IMG/VR virus record: IMGVR_UViG_3300027908_000027
Coordinates: 1-61,019 of that record
Length of the DNA stretch: 61,019 bases
Reading direction: 5' to 3' (one strand)
DNA from: a virus
Shown: positions 41,479-49,748 of the stretch, in pieces
Position numbering within the stretch: position 1 is the first letter of the stretch
Layout: each line of letters starts with the position of its first letter
Notes under the pieces: model-generated
Told to the model about the DNA's origin: nothing
What the model saw: only the letters and a program-made list of their open reading frames with translations
Databases searched by the model: none
Program-made: the position numbers and the translations under genes

Positions 41479-44400
41479 ATGAAGCGGATTCTCGCAGCTA
41501 CGCTGGCCCTGCTCATGGCCCTGGAACCTGCTGCATGGGCTCGGCCGGGGAGCGGGCCTGGTAGTGGAATTGTGCAGTCGGTTCAGATCACCGGTATCGC
41601 ACCGACACCTAACCCGTGCGCGGGGACTACCGCGTCTGCCCAAGGCGTTCCGGTCTGCTCACTGGCAGCGACCACGGCAAACGGACAGGCGCTGAACAAT
41701 CCGGTGTTCGTTCTGGTGAATGACGCCGGAACCGGGGTCACGCTGAGCGGCAGCACTCTCTCGGTCGGGTCCACGCCTCTTGTGTTGGGCTCGTACAGCC
41801 TCACCGTTTCGGTCACCGGATCGAACTGCACCGGCTGCACGCCAGCGCCGCAATACACCGTGCCACTTACGGTCTCGTCTACCGTCTCGATCACCGGTAT
41901 TAGCACCAGCCCAAGCCCAGTCACTACGACGGTGGGGACTGCACCGGGGACAATCATCGCAGCACTGACACCAACATCCAGCGGCGGCGCACTGACAGGC
42001 GCCACGATAGCCTGTGCGAACTGCCTCTCGAATGAGTTCCAGATAGGCGGCACCAACCCGTTCAACCTGGAGGTGGGCAGCGCCGGGGTCACTGCGGGTA
42101 CGCCAGCGCCGACATTCACGGTCACCGCGACGAATGCGACCAACAGCCCGCAGACCTATCCGATCACGGTGACGGTCAGCAGCGCCCCGATCAACCTTGT
42201 CAGCCCGGTGACCTGCACTGCCATCGCGACTGGGTGCAATGGCACGGTTGGGGATGCGCAGGCCACACAGCTTGGCACGCTGGTCCCCTCCCAGAGCGGC
42301 GGAAGCGCAGGAGCTATTACCTGCAACACCACCATGCCGAATAACGCCGGCGGCCGCTTCCAGATCACCGCAGGCTGTGTCCTGGAGGCGGGGGCGACGC
42401 CTTACACGGCCGGCTCCTACTCGGTAACCGCGGCATTCAGCGGAGCGTCCGCAAGCGCCAATCCGTACAACCTCAGTTTCTCCGTGGCCGTGAATCCATC
42501 GGGGAGCGTGTCGCAGGTTCAGGCGCGGACCCTGACCAACTTCGGCGGTTCGACGACTCCAGCGGGCTTCTGGCTGGACGTGGGTCAACCGTTTGCACAA
42601 GGGCAGGTCCCCGCCGGGGATGGCGTCCTGTGGAAGACCGGCGGCGGGACCACGATCAACTCGCAGTCCGACGATTGCTCGCATTGGCCGGATGGCAGCC
42701 TGCGGTTCTGCTCGTTCACTCTGCTGTATCCAACCGCTCTTGGGGTCAAAGCCCAAGACACGAATCTGGGGGCGTTCGATAACCCCGGAGCCGGTGCGAA
42801 CAACACCTGTTTCAGCGGCACGCCAACGACACTGATTACCAGCCATGACTTCCGGCTAGAGATTACTCCACCTGCTGCGACATTTACTGGCACGATCTCG
42901 AATGGAACGGTGGGGCAGGCTGGCACGACGCTGACGGTCGGCACGGTGACCAGTGGTACCATCGCGATCGGCCAAACGGTGTTTGGCGTCGGCATCACTG
43001 CGGGAACCACAATCACCGGAGGCAGCGGCACAAGCTGGACGGTCAGCGTTTCACAAAGCTACCAGTTCCAAGGCGCACCCGAACCGCTGGCCAGCGGGAC
43101 CGGCGGCACGACCTACACCATGAGCGCCAACAACGAGTTCACCAACGAGCCCACCACTCACGTCATCATGTATCGTAGTGGGCCAGAGGTTTGCTCGTAT
43201 GTGATCTCGGGGCTGTTCTGGGCCTCGAACACCTGGGGGGGCACCTTGATGCCGGGTAAGGCATGGGGTGCGCTCTACATCGATGCGCGGGTGGATGGAA
43301 CGTATCGCGTCTGGCCCAAGGTGTTCAACTGCCAGCCCATGTCTACATCAACCACCCAACAGGCATCCTGCCCCATCATCGGCTTTGCTCCTGATGCCAA
43401 CGGGGACGCCTACTCGATCAAAGATTACTCGCTGGGCACGCCAATCCTGATGGGGTGCGCGTACAGCGCATCTACAACCGTAACGGCAGCCTGCGTAAGC
43501 GGCGGCCACGCTACCTCCGGCCTGGGGGGCGTACTTGTCTACGGCTCAGCTATGGAAGCCCTCACGCCAGATGGGTGGCCATACGACAGTCAGGCCAGCG
43601 ACACGCATCAGGTCCTTCCAGCGTTCCCGCTTCTGGTCTCGGCCAACCCGCTAACCCGTGGCTGGTATGACGCAATGCTGTCCGAGAACATTGGTTATAC
43701 CGCTGGCGAACTCGCGGACATCTACGCATCGACATACACCGAGGGCTCTTACGGCCCGAACAACTGCGCAAGTTTCCAGACCGTTGGATGTGACTTCGGT
43801 TCAACCGGAGCGAGCGCCTTCATCGGCCTGATCTCGTTCGATTGGGCACAGTGCCTGCTTGCCGGTCAGAACACCTCAGCCGGGTGGCGGGTGTGCAACA
43901 ACGACCGCCAGCAAGCCCTGACGATGGATGCCGTCCAGATGAACTGGCGGGACCAACTGACCGGGCGTGAGGTCAACCTGAGTTCGGCCTACACCCCGCC
44001 GACTGGCACTATGAATACGTTCACCACCGGAGGGTGGGGAGGGCTGCCGTCGAGCGGTCAGATCACCTCAACATCCTGTGGCGGCATAGCGCAGTGCCAG
44101 ATTTCCAACCACCTTCAGACCATCAACCACCAGCCGAATTTCGCTGAGGGCCAGTGTATTCTGACCGGACAGCGGCCGATGTGCGATATGGTGATGGACC
44201 AGGCGAACCATGACATCGGAAGCCAGAACCAAGGCTTCCGCAATACCACCCTGAACAGCCACACGTATTCTGCCATCGCGCAGCTTGTCCCTCAGTTCAG
44301 ACAGAACGCTTGGCTGGAGCGGGACATCTCGAACGCCTACTGGCTCGCCCCAGACTTCCTGGTCGATCAGGTCACCGCGAACCCGCAGAAGGGGTATCTG

Positions 44401-45525
44401 GCGGCGCTGGTGACGGGCATCGAGGGCACGCTGGCCTACTACAACGACAACTGGTCACCGCCGCTGTACAACTCCGCCAACAACCCCCTTGGCATCGGGC
44501 CGACAGCAATCACCAGCGGGGTCACCACTGCCAGCTTGCCAGAGGCGATCTATTGGCAGGCCGGATACTGGATGAACGTCCTTTATCTCGATGCCGCTCG
44601 GGGCCTGTTCAATTCGACCAACTGCCGGAACGGTTCCTTCACCACGGCCGTGGCTTCTTGCAACATTCTGGTGAACTACGCGCACAACTTCTTTTACGGT
44701 GCTGCGGTCAATGGCTGCATGGCATTTGCCGCCGCAACCTATGCGCTCTCGACCACTACCGCAGCCAATCCGTACGCGGTCAACAACACAGGGATCTTGG
44801 CTCAGACGTTCTCTGATATGTACAGCGGCGATGTGGAATCGAACTCCGTTGATACCAACGGGTTTGCGCTAGGCACTCAGACGGCCGGAAGTACGATCAG
44901 CCTGACCTATTCGGGGGCGCCCGTTCCTGTGCCTCCGACAGTGGGCATGAACATCAACTTCGGCCGAGGTCAATCCTACACCAAGTCGGGGATCACCATT
45001 CCGGTTGGCGACACCGTGACCAGCGTGACGAGTTGCGGGTCCAATTGCTACACGCTGGGTCTTTCTGCTCCGATGACGGGGGGAACGATACCGACCGGCT
45101 TGGCATTCCTGTTCGTGACCTGGAACGCCGACTCCTGCTCGAACAATGGCTGTCAGCCGCCGATCATCCCATTCCCGCTGGTGAACGCGCTCTGTCCAAC
45201 TGAGGGGATGCTGGCGAATGCCAACATCTCCAGTCCCGGTTCAGTCCAGACCCACACGCTCTACTTCTACTCTGGGGCTATCGCGGGCGATCGGGTTGGA
45301 GAGCCATACGCAACCCAGGTCAGGACCTATTTCGAGAACTTCAGCCAGAGCCCGAACCCTGGAGGGGTAGTGAAAACCGGGCAGTGCGCCGGGGGTGTCG
45401 CGAATTGGGACGCGGCCAACACGTTCTGGCCTAGCGACGCACAGAACGCCAACCTGCCACAATGGCGCACGTATCCTGTAGGTGCGCCGCTCACGGTTGG
45501 CGGCGTATCTACGGGATGTAATTAG
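41479..45525 (+). CDS. Giant secreted protein (1348 aa): signal peptide, three Ig-like modules, large uncharacterised C-terminal region
   Basis: MKRILAATLALLMALEPAAWA/RPG. There are three modules of about 90-100 aa ending YSLTVSVTG / YPITVTVSS / YNLSFSVAV. About 1000 aa follow with no motif I recognise. Confidence 0.7.
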   Translation: MKRILAATLALLMALEPAAWARPGSGPGSGIVQSVQITGIAPTPNPCAGTTASAQGVPVCSLAATTANGQALNNPVFVLVNDAGTGVTLSGSTLSVGSTPLVLGSYSLTVSVTGSNCTGCTPAPQYTVPLTVSSTVSITGISTSPSPVTTTVGTAPGTIIAALTPTSSGGALTGATIACANCLSNEFQIGGTNPFNLEVGSAGVTAGTPAPTFTVTATNATNSPQTYPITVTVSSAPINLVSPVTCTAIATGCNGTVGDAQATQLGTLVPSQSGGSAGAITCNTTMPNNAGGRFQITAGCVLEAGATPYTAGSYSVTAAFSGASASANPYNLSFSVAVNPSGSVSQVQARTLTNFGGSTTPAGFWLDVGQPFAQGQVPAGDGVLWKTGGGTTINSQSDDCSHWPDGSLRFCSFTLLYPTALGVKAQDTNLGAFDNPGAGANNTCFSGTPTTLITSHDFRLEITPPAATFTGTISNGTVGQAGTTLTVGTVTSGTIAIGQTVFGVGITAGTTITGGSGTSWTVSVSQSYQFQGAPEPLASGTGGTTYTMSANNEFTNEPTTHVIMYRSGPEVCSYVISGLFWASNTWGGTLMPGKAWGALYIDARVDGTYRVWPKVFNCQPMSTSTTQQASCPIIGFAPDANGDAYSIKDYSLGTPILMGCAYSASTTVTAACVSGGHATSGLGGVLVYGSAMEALTPDGWPYDSQASDTHQVLPAFPLLVSANPLTRGWYDAMLSENIGYTAGELADIYASTYTEGSYGPNNCASFQTVGCDFGSTGASAFIGLISFDWAQCLLAGQNTSAGWRVCNNDRQQALTMDAVQMNWRDQLTGREVNLSSAYTPPTGTMNTFTTGGWGGLPSSGQITSTSCGGIAQCQISNHLQTINHQPNFAEGQCILTGQRPMCDMVMDQANHDIGSQNQGFRNTTLNSHTYSAIAQLVPQFRQNAWLERDISNAYWLAPDFLVDQVTANPQKGYLAALVTGIEGTLAYYNDNWSPPLYNSANNPLGIGPTAITSGVTTASLPEAIYWQAGYWMNVLYLDAARGLFNSTNCRNGSFTTAVASCNILVNYAHNFFYGAAVNGCMAFAAATYALSTTTAANPYAVNNTGILAQTFSDMYSGDVESNSVDTNGFALGTQTAGSTISLTYSGAPVPVPPTVGMNINFGRGQSYTKSGITIPVGDTVTSVTSCGSNCYTLGLSAPMTGGTIPTGLAFLFVTWNADSCSNNGCQPPIIPFPLVNALCPTEGMLANANISSPGSVQTHTLYFYSGAIAGDRVGEPYATQVRTYFENFSQSPNPGGVVKTGQCAGGVANWDAANTFWPSDAQNANLPQWRTYPVGAPLTVGGVSTGCN

Positions 45526-45530
45526 CGAAC

Positions 45531-45776
45531 ATGAGCGACCACAACGGCATTCCAATGCAGGTTGGTGAAGTGCGCGGACGCCTAACCGCCCTGGAAGAGC
45601 GGGTAGGGCGTCATGAGACGTTCGTTGGCGAATACCTCAAGAAGATAGACGACAAGCTAGACCGCGCTCTGATCATTCAGGAACAGGGCATCACGATCCA
45701 GCGGATTTGCCGATGGGTGTTGGGTCTCGCGATTGCGGCGTCCGGTTGGGTTGCAATGTGGCGTGGGCATACATGA
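45531..45776 (+). CDS. Tail-anchored membrane protein with N-terminal coiled coil (81 aa)
   Basis: VGEVRGRLTALEERVGRHETFVGEYLKKIDDKLD, then the C-terminal TM ICRWVLGLAIAASGWVAMW. Confidence 0.55.
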   Translation: MSDHNGIPMQVGEVRGRLTALEERVGRHETFVGEYLKKIDDKLDRALIIQEQGITIQRICRWVLGLAIAASGWVAMWRGHT

Positions 45777-45792
45777 AACGTGGAGCGCGTTA

Positions 45793-46863
45793 ATGGCTGG
45801 TGAGCACAGCGCCGAAGCTTTGCGCGCAACCGCAGCGGCAGTGAAAGCTGCGGGGAGTATCCGCGCTGCCGCCGACAAGTTGGGTGTCAATTACCACACG
45901 ATGAAAGATCGCGTTCAACAGGTGCGGCGGCATATGCCGGATGCATTACCTGCGGTTGGCAATCAGCCAGGCTGGGCACAGACCGAAGCGCCACAATACG
46001 AGGACTGCATAGCGCCAAGCATTGAAGGCGCCGATGAAGACCTGGACGCCATTATGGACCGCCTGGCGCAGGAAGATGAGCGAAATGAAAAGACGCGGGC
46101 TTCGCTGGAATGGATGGAGTATCAGGTTAAGGGTCGCGAGCCGTTTGCCTTGGTGTTCGTCGGAGATCCACACGCCGATACATGCGCCGTTCGCCTGCTT
46201 CTGAAGCACTTGGACATTATCGAGAAGACACCGCGTATGTGGGCGGTTGGTCTGGGGGACTGGATCAACCAATGGCAGCCTAAACTGCGAGGGCAATATG
46301 CCTTCCAATCCACAACGGAGCGCACGGCGCTCCGTATTGTTGAGTGGATGTTTCAAAAACCCATCTGGTGGGCGATCATTCTCGGCAATCACAACGGCGG
46401 CCGGTGGCATGGTGACGGCTCCGCGCTGAAGTGGATGCGTAATACGTCGCTGACGCCAGTTCAGGAATGGCAGGTCAAGTTTACCGTGCGATGCGGAGAT
46501 GCGTCGTGGAAGGTGTGGGCAGCCCATAACTTTCCGGGCAACTCCATATACAACGCTAACCATGGCCCGGATCGTCGGGCCATTTTTACAGGTGCCATAG
46601 CTGACCTGTTCGTTGCCGGCGATAGGCACACGTACAAGCTGTCGCACGATCAGCATGAGCACACAGGACGCATGTTCTGGACGGCGCGAGCCAAGGGCTA
46701 CAAGCGGCTGGATCTGTATGCTGAGGAGCTGGGCTTTAGCGGGAAGCAGAACATCGGCCATTCGATAGGCGCAGTGTTCGATCCGCGCGATGGCTCGCTG
46801 CAGTGCTTTTCGGATGTGGAGAAGACAGCGAGCTATCTAGAGTTTTTACGGGGGCGGCAATGA
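45793..46863 (+). CDS. HTH + calcineurin-like metallophosphoesterase
   Basis: Met21 of track ORF 45733..46863, GGAG SD. N-terminus SIRAAADKLGVNYHTMKDRVQQVRR. Phosphoesterase motifs VFVGDPHAD, GLGDWIN, LGNHNG, AAHNFPG, VAGDRHTY. Confidence 0.7.
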   Translation: MAGEHSAEALRATAAAVKAAGSIRAAADKLGVNYHTMKDRVQQVRRHMPDALPAVGNQPGWAQTEAPQYEDCIAPSIEGADEDLDAIMDRLAQEDERNEKTRASLEWMEYQVKGREPFALVFVGDPHADTCAVRLLLKHLDIIEKTPRMWAVGLGDWINQWQPKLRGQYAFQSTTERTALRIVEWMFQKPIWWAIILGNHNGGRWHGDGSALKWMRNTSLTPVQEWQVKFTVRCGDASWKVWAAHNFPGNSIYNANHGPDRRAIFTGAIADLFVAGDRHTYKLSHDQHEHTGRMFWTARAKGYKRLDLYAEELGFSGKQNIGHSIGAVFDPRDGSLQCFSDVEKTASYLEFLRGRQ

Positions 46864-47198
46864 AGAAGTCTGGCGCCCTCCGCATTAAAGTCAATCACGT
46901 TGACTATTACGTGCTGCCGCTCGGGGCTGAATCCACAGAGGAGGCTGTAGGCTGGCATCAGCCGAAGGAACAGACAATCTATATTGATCCAGGGCACCCG
47001 CCGTCAGAGCAGGTGCGTATCTTATTTCATGAGTTAATCCACGCATTTTGGTGGGCGTATAATCTTACAGAAGAAATGCGAGACGAGGAGAAGGTATGTG
47101 ACGCGCTTGAAAGCCCTCTAGCAGCATTATTTCGCGATAATCCAAGGCTTGGACAAATAATCAGAGGCGCATTCTCTGGCAAACCATTGGTGAAATAG
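46860..47198 (+). CDS. Small HExxH zinc-metallopeptidase-like protein
   Basis: Met20 of track ORF 46803..47198; ATGA overlap; ILFHELIHAFWW. Confidence 0.55.
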   Translation: MKKSGALRIKVNHVDYYVLPLGAESTEEAVGWHQPKEQTIYIDPGHPPSEQVRILFHELIHAFWWAYNLTEEMRDEEKVCDALESPLAALFRDNPRLGQIIRGAFSGKPLVK

Positions 47199-47324
47199 AT
47201 GCACTGGACTTGTAAATGCGGCTCGCGTGTATTAAACAATGTGCCGTATTGCGCGAGCTGCGGTGCATTGCGTCCCGCGCCGCCACCGGAGAAGCCGCCG
47301 TCAGATCAGCCGAGGAAAGAGTAG
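47199..47324 (+). CDS. Zinc-ribbon micro-protein (41 aa)
   Basis: ATG abuts the upstream TAG. MHWTCKCGSRVLNNVPYCASCGALRPAPPPEKPPSDQPRKE (CxC-N11-CxxC). Confidence 0.35.
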   Translation: MHWTCKCGSRVLNNVPYCASCGALRPAPPPEKPPSDQPRKE

Positions 47325-47338
47325 TGGATCAGGACGCC

Positions 47339-47539
47339 ATGATACCGAATGAAACCGGCGAGCTTCCGTTAGCATTCTCTTTTGAAGTCGCGCGCAAGCC
47401 GAATGGCTGGTGGCACGTCACTGCGAAAAATCATCATGTCGGGTGTTACCTTATCGGTATGGATCTCGGCGCATTGCTGCATGAGGCGCCTTACGTGTTG
47501 AACCATCTGTTGAAATTGGACGGACCTAAACCAGCATGA
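47339..47539 (+). CDS. Hypothetical protein (66 aa)
   Basis: Met42 of track ORF 47216..47539 (alternative GTG 47324 overlaps the upstream TAG). Confidence 0.45.
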   Translation: MIPNETGELPLAFSFEVARKPNGWWHVTAKNHHVGCYLIGMDLGALLHEAPYVLNHLLKLDGPKPA

Positions 47540-48003
47540 GGCGGGAATGCCATTTGTTCGGTGGATCATGCAATTGTCCGGTTGGCGATTGCCGCGTTGC
47601 GCCGGCTAGTGATGGCGATTGGATGCCAGGCATGCCGCGTCCGACCGGCCCGGTGCCAGCTGAGCCTGCAGGCGAATTTACGCAGGAAATGCACACGCGC
47701 GGCGGCCTACGCTATGACGATGACAAGCCGCGCTTTGACTTACTGCCGCCAGAAGCCATGGAAGCACTTGCTCGGCACTATTTGGCTGGTGCGCAAAAGT
47801 ATGACGCCCGCAATTGGGAAAAAGGCATGGCGTGGGGGCGGTGCTTTGGCTCCATGATGCGCCACGCATGGGCTTGGATGCGTGGTGAGGACATCGACCA
47901 AGAGACTGGCAATCACCACATGATCGCTGTCGCGTGGAACGCCATTGCGTTGTTCACCTACGCGACGCGACATATTGGAGAGGACGATAGGCCGAAGCTA
48001 TGA
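47536..48003 (+). CDS. dATP/dGTP diphosphohydrolase-N-terminal-like (DUF5664-type) protein
   Basis: LRYDDDKPRFDLLPPEAMEALARHYLAGAQKYDARNWEKGMAW...RHAWAWMRGEDIDQETGNHHMIAVAWNAIALF matches the k.D.gKpr.dLlp...GA.KY..rNW.kG...RH...G...D.esG..Hl pattern. ATGA overlap. Confidence 0.55.
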   Translation: MRRECHLFGGSCNCPVGDCRVAPASDGDWMPGMPRPTGPVPAEPAGEFTQEMHTRGGLRYDDDKPRFDLLPPEAMEALARHYLAGAQKYDARNWEKGMAWGRCFGSMMRHAWAWMRGEDIDQETGNHHMIAVAWNAIALFTYATRHIGEDDRPKL

Positions 48004-48374
48004 AAATCTATGTCGCAGGCCCCATGCGTGGTCTTCCTTACTTTAACTTCCCAGCGTTCCATGAAGCAGCAGATAAGCTGCGCTCTCTAGGCCACGATGT
48101 ATTTAGCCCGGCAGAACGCGACAATGACCGACACGGTAAGGATATCTCCGCCGGCAATGTTGCTGGCTGCGAGGCGGTGGCCGCCGCCGAGCATGGCTTC
48201 AATCTACGTGAAGCGCTTGCAGAGGATCTGGAATTCATCTGTTGGCATGCTGATGCAATAGCGCTTTTGCCTGGATGGGAACGCAGCAAGGGCGCAACAG
48301 CAGAACGGGCCGCAGGATTGGCGTTGGGTCTTATGGTCGCGCCGATTGCTGATCTGACGAGGGAAGAGCCGTGA
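48000..48374 (+). CDS. DUF4406 / nucleoside 2-deoxyribosyltransferase-like protein
   Basis: MKIYVAGPMRGLPYFNFPAFHEAADKLRSLGHDVFSPAE...LPGWERSKGATAERAAGLALGL. ATGA overlap. Confidence 0.55.
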   Translation: MKIYVAGPMRGLPYFNFPAFHEAADKLRSLGHDVFSPAERDNDRHGKDISAGNVAGCEAVAAAEHGFNLREALAEDLEFICWHADAIALLPGWERSKGATAERAAGLALGLMVAPIADLTREEP

Positions 48375-48577
48375 GGCCGCTGACTGAACGATCGCTTCAA
48401 AATACTATCGGAGGCCAACCTTTATGGTGCCGCGTAGCCATTACGCGGAATTGGAAAAGGTACCGACTATGGTGGCGCACCAATAATGCCTCTGTGAAAT
48501 GTCGCGGTTCTCTTAGGCACGCATTGTCTTATCGGTCTGATTATGTGCTTGGAGCAAGGGGCTTACCATTACCATGA
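48371..48577 (+). CDS. Basic Trp/Arg-rich ORF (68 aa) spanning an otherwise empty 200-bp gap
   Basis: Track ORF. The GTG start overlaps the upstream TGA (GTGA) and the stop overlaps the downstream ATG (ATGA). Third-position GC is low, so coding status is uncertain. Contains the hairpin CCGCGTA-gccat-TACGCGG (48430-48448). Confidence 0.35.
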   Translation: MRPLTERSLQNTIGGQPLWCRVAITRNWKRYRLWWRTNNASVKCRGSLRHALSYRSDYVLGARGLPLP

Positions 48578-49182
48578 CCAACGCTTACCCTGAAAAGCCA
48601 ACAGTTCCATACGAGCGTACATCTGTAGCAATGGCTGCTGTAATCTCGTACCTGCAGGCAGCGTCTTCGCCCGTAGAAGTTAAACGCTCAGCTTACATCA
48701 TGTTCCGGGTTGAATCGGCCAATGGCGCATCTGGCATCAATAACAATTATGTGGGCTGCCAGGCAGACGTTGGCCGCTGGGCTGCGAAGTTTGATGCGCT
48801 GATTACTGGCATTGTCGAAGTGCAGGAGAACGGTACCGGCCGCGATAGGCTGTTTGTAGCATTCGACCGCTGGCAGTCGTGTGTGGATTTTCTGCTGGAT
48901 CGCGTGGAGCATCGCGGTATCTACATCGGCGGCGTGGCCATTCCGATCAGCAACATGATGGTTGCGACAGAGACTGACCTCTGCGCCGCCTATGTGCGCG
49001 AGTGGGCAACGGGACAGCACGCAGCGCAACCGACTGCACAGCAACTCGCGGACTGGCGCTCTATGTATGGGCAGGCAACGGGGCTGTTTCGGCATGGAGC
49101 GCAAGTAGGGGCGCCCGCGTCGGAGCCGATGGCGGATGATCTGAACGCTGCGGAATTGACGAAAGTGGAGACGAGTACATGA
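48574..49182 (+). CDS. Hypothetical protein, possible murein hydrolase (endolysin candidate by position)
   Basis: FRVESANGASGINNNYVGCQAD loosely resembles the E-S-x-x-G...NN-x-G glucosaminidase/lysozyme motif. Followed by a two-TM ORF and lipoprotein ORFs. Confidence 0.35.
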   Translation: MTNAYPEKPTVPYERTSVAMAAVISYLQAASSPVEVKRSAYIMFRVESANGASGINNNYVGCQADVGRWAAKFDALITGIVEVQENGTGRDRLFVAFDRWQSCVDFLLDRVEHRGIYIGGVAIPISNMMVATETDLCAAYVREWATGQHAAQPTAQQLADWRSMYGQATGLFRHGAQVGAPASEPMADDLNAAELTKVETST

Positions 49183-49427
49183 ACCCAACGGTTACGGGCG
49201 GCCTGACGCTTGCTGGATCGCAGGTGGGACCGGTTGTCCAGTATTTCTTCCAGATCATTCACGTCGCGCCGCCATCAGATAACGTGGCTGCGTTGATCGG
49301 CGTGGGGCTGCTGACTGGCACACATGCATTGTGGGTGTTCGTCAACAACCGCTTGCCGGCAAAGACGCCCCCGGCTGCTGTTGCGCCTGCTGCTGCGCCA
49401 CAAGCACCAGCACCGGCTGCCCAGTAA
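49179..49427 (+). CDS. Two-TM membrane protein (holin candidate)
   Basis: GGLTLAGSQVGPVVQYFFQII and VAALIGVGLLTGTHALWVFV, with a Pro/Ala-rich tail. ATGA overlap. Confidence 0.45.
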   Translation: MNPTVTGGLTLAGSQVGPVVQYFFQIIHVAPPSDNVAALIGVGLLTGTHALWVFVNNRLPAKTPPAAVAPAAAPQAPAPAAQ

Positions 49428-49636
49428 TGCGGAAAACGTACAAAATAAATGGCGGCAAATTGATTGCCACTCGTGCCGACAAGGGTTGGATATGTGAGTT
49501 CCTTGCCAGCAACAAGGACTCATACCAATTGCCCAATGGCTGGTGGGTATGGGGCGCTAGCACCTACTGGTGCCTTTGGTTTCCTGCTCTCAGTGATGCG
49601 CGTCGCATGGCTCATAAGACATTCCGATGCGCATAG
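49427..49636 (+). CDS. Hypothetical Trp-rich protein (69 aa), lower-GC patch
   Basis: Met33 of track ORF 49331..49636; TAATG overlap. Confidence 0.45.
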   Translation: MRKTYKINGGKLIATRADKGWICEFLASNKDSYQLPNGWWVWGASTYWCLWFPALSDARRMAHKTFRCA

Positions 49637-49731
49637 CTGCTGCTCTCATCCTACTCGCCGCCTTTGCGCTGGCCGGATGTATGTCCGACGCCGGGCAATG
49701 CCGTCCGCATACGTTCCAACTCGGATGCTAA
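49627..49731 (+). CDS. Mini-lipoprotein (34 aa; 17-aa mature peptide with 3 Cys)
   Basis: Hand translation MRIAAALILLAAFALAGCMSDAGQCRPHTFQLGC. The lipobox L-A-G-C is perfect. Overlaps the upstream ORF by 10 nt. Confidence 0.45.
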   Translation: MRIAAALILLAAFALAGCMSDAGQCRPHTFQLGC

Positions 49732-49748
49732 CCAGGAGAACACACCAC

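Noticed and set aside
41659-42846. Long antisense ORFs inside large GC-rich genes (for example 41659..42846, 395 aa; 13321..13992; 27164..27859; 45946..46761; 51278..52126; 19824..20426)
   Set aside because: These are typical shadow ORFs of GC-rich coding DNA. They give Arg/Gly/Pro/Ala-rich nonsense-like translations, lie fully inside well-supported genes on the other strand, and have no SD or coupling signals.
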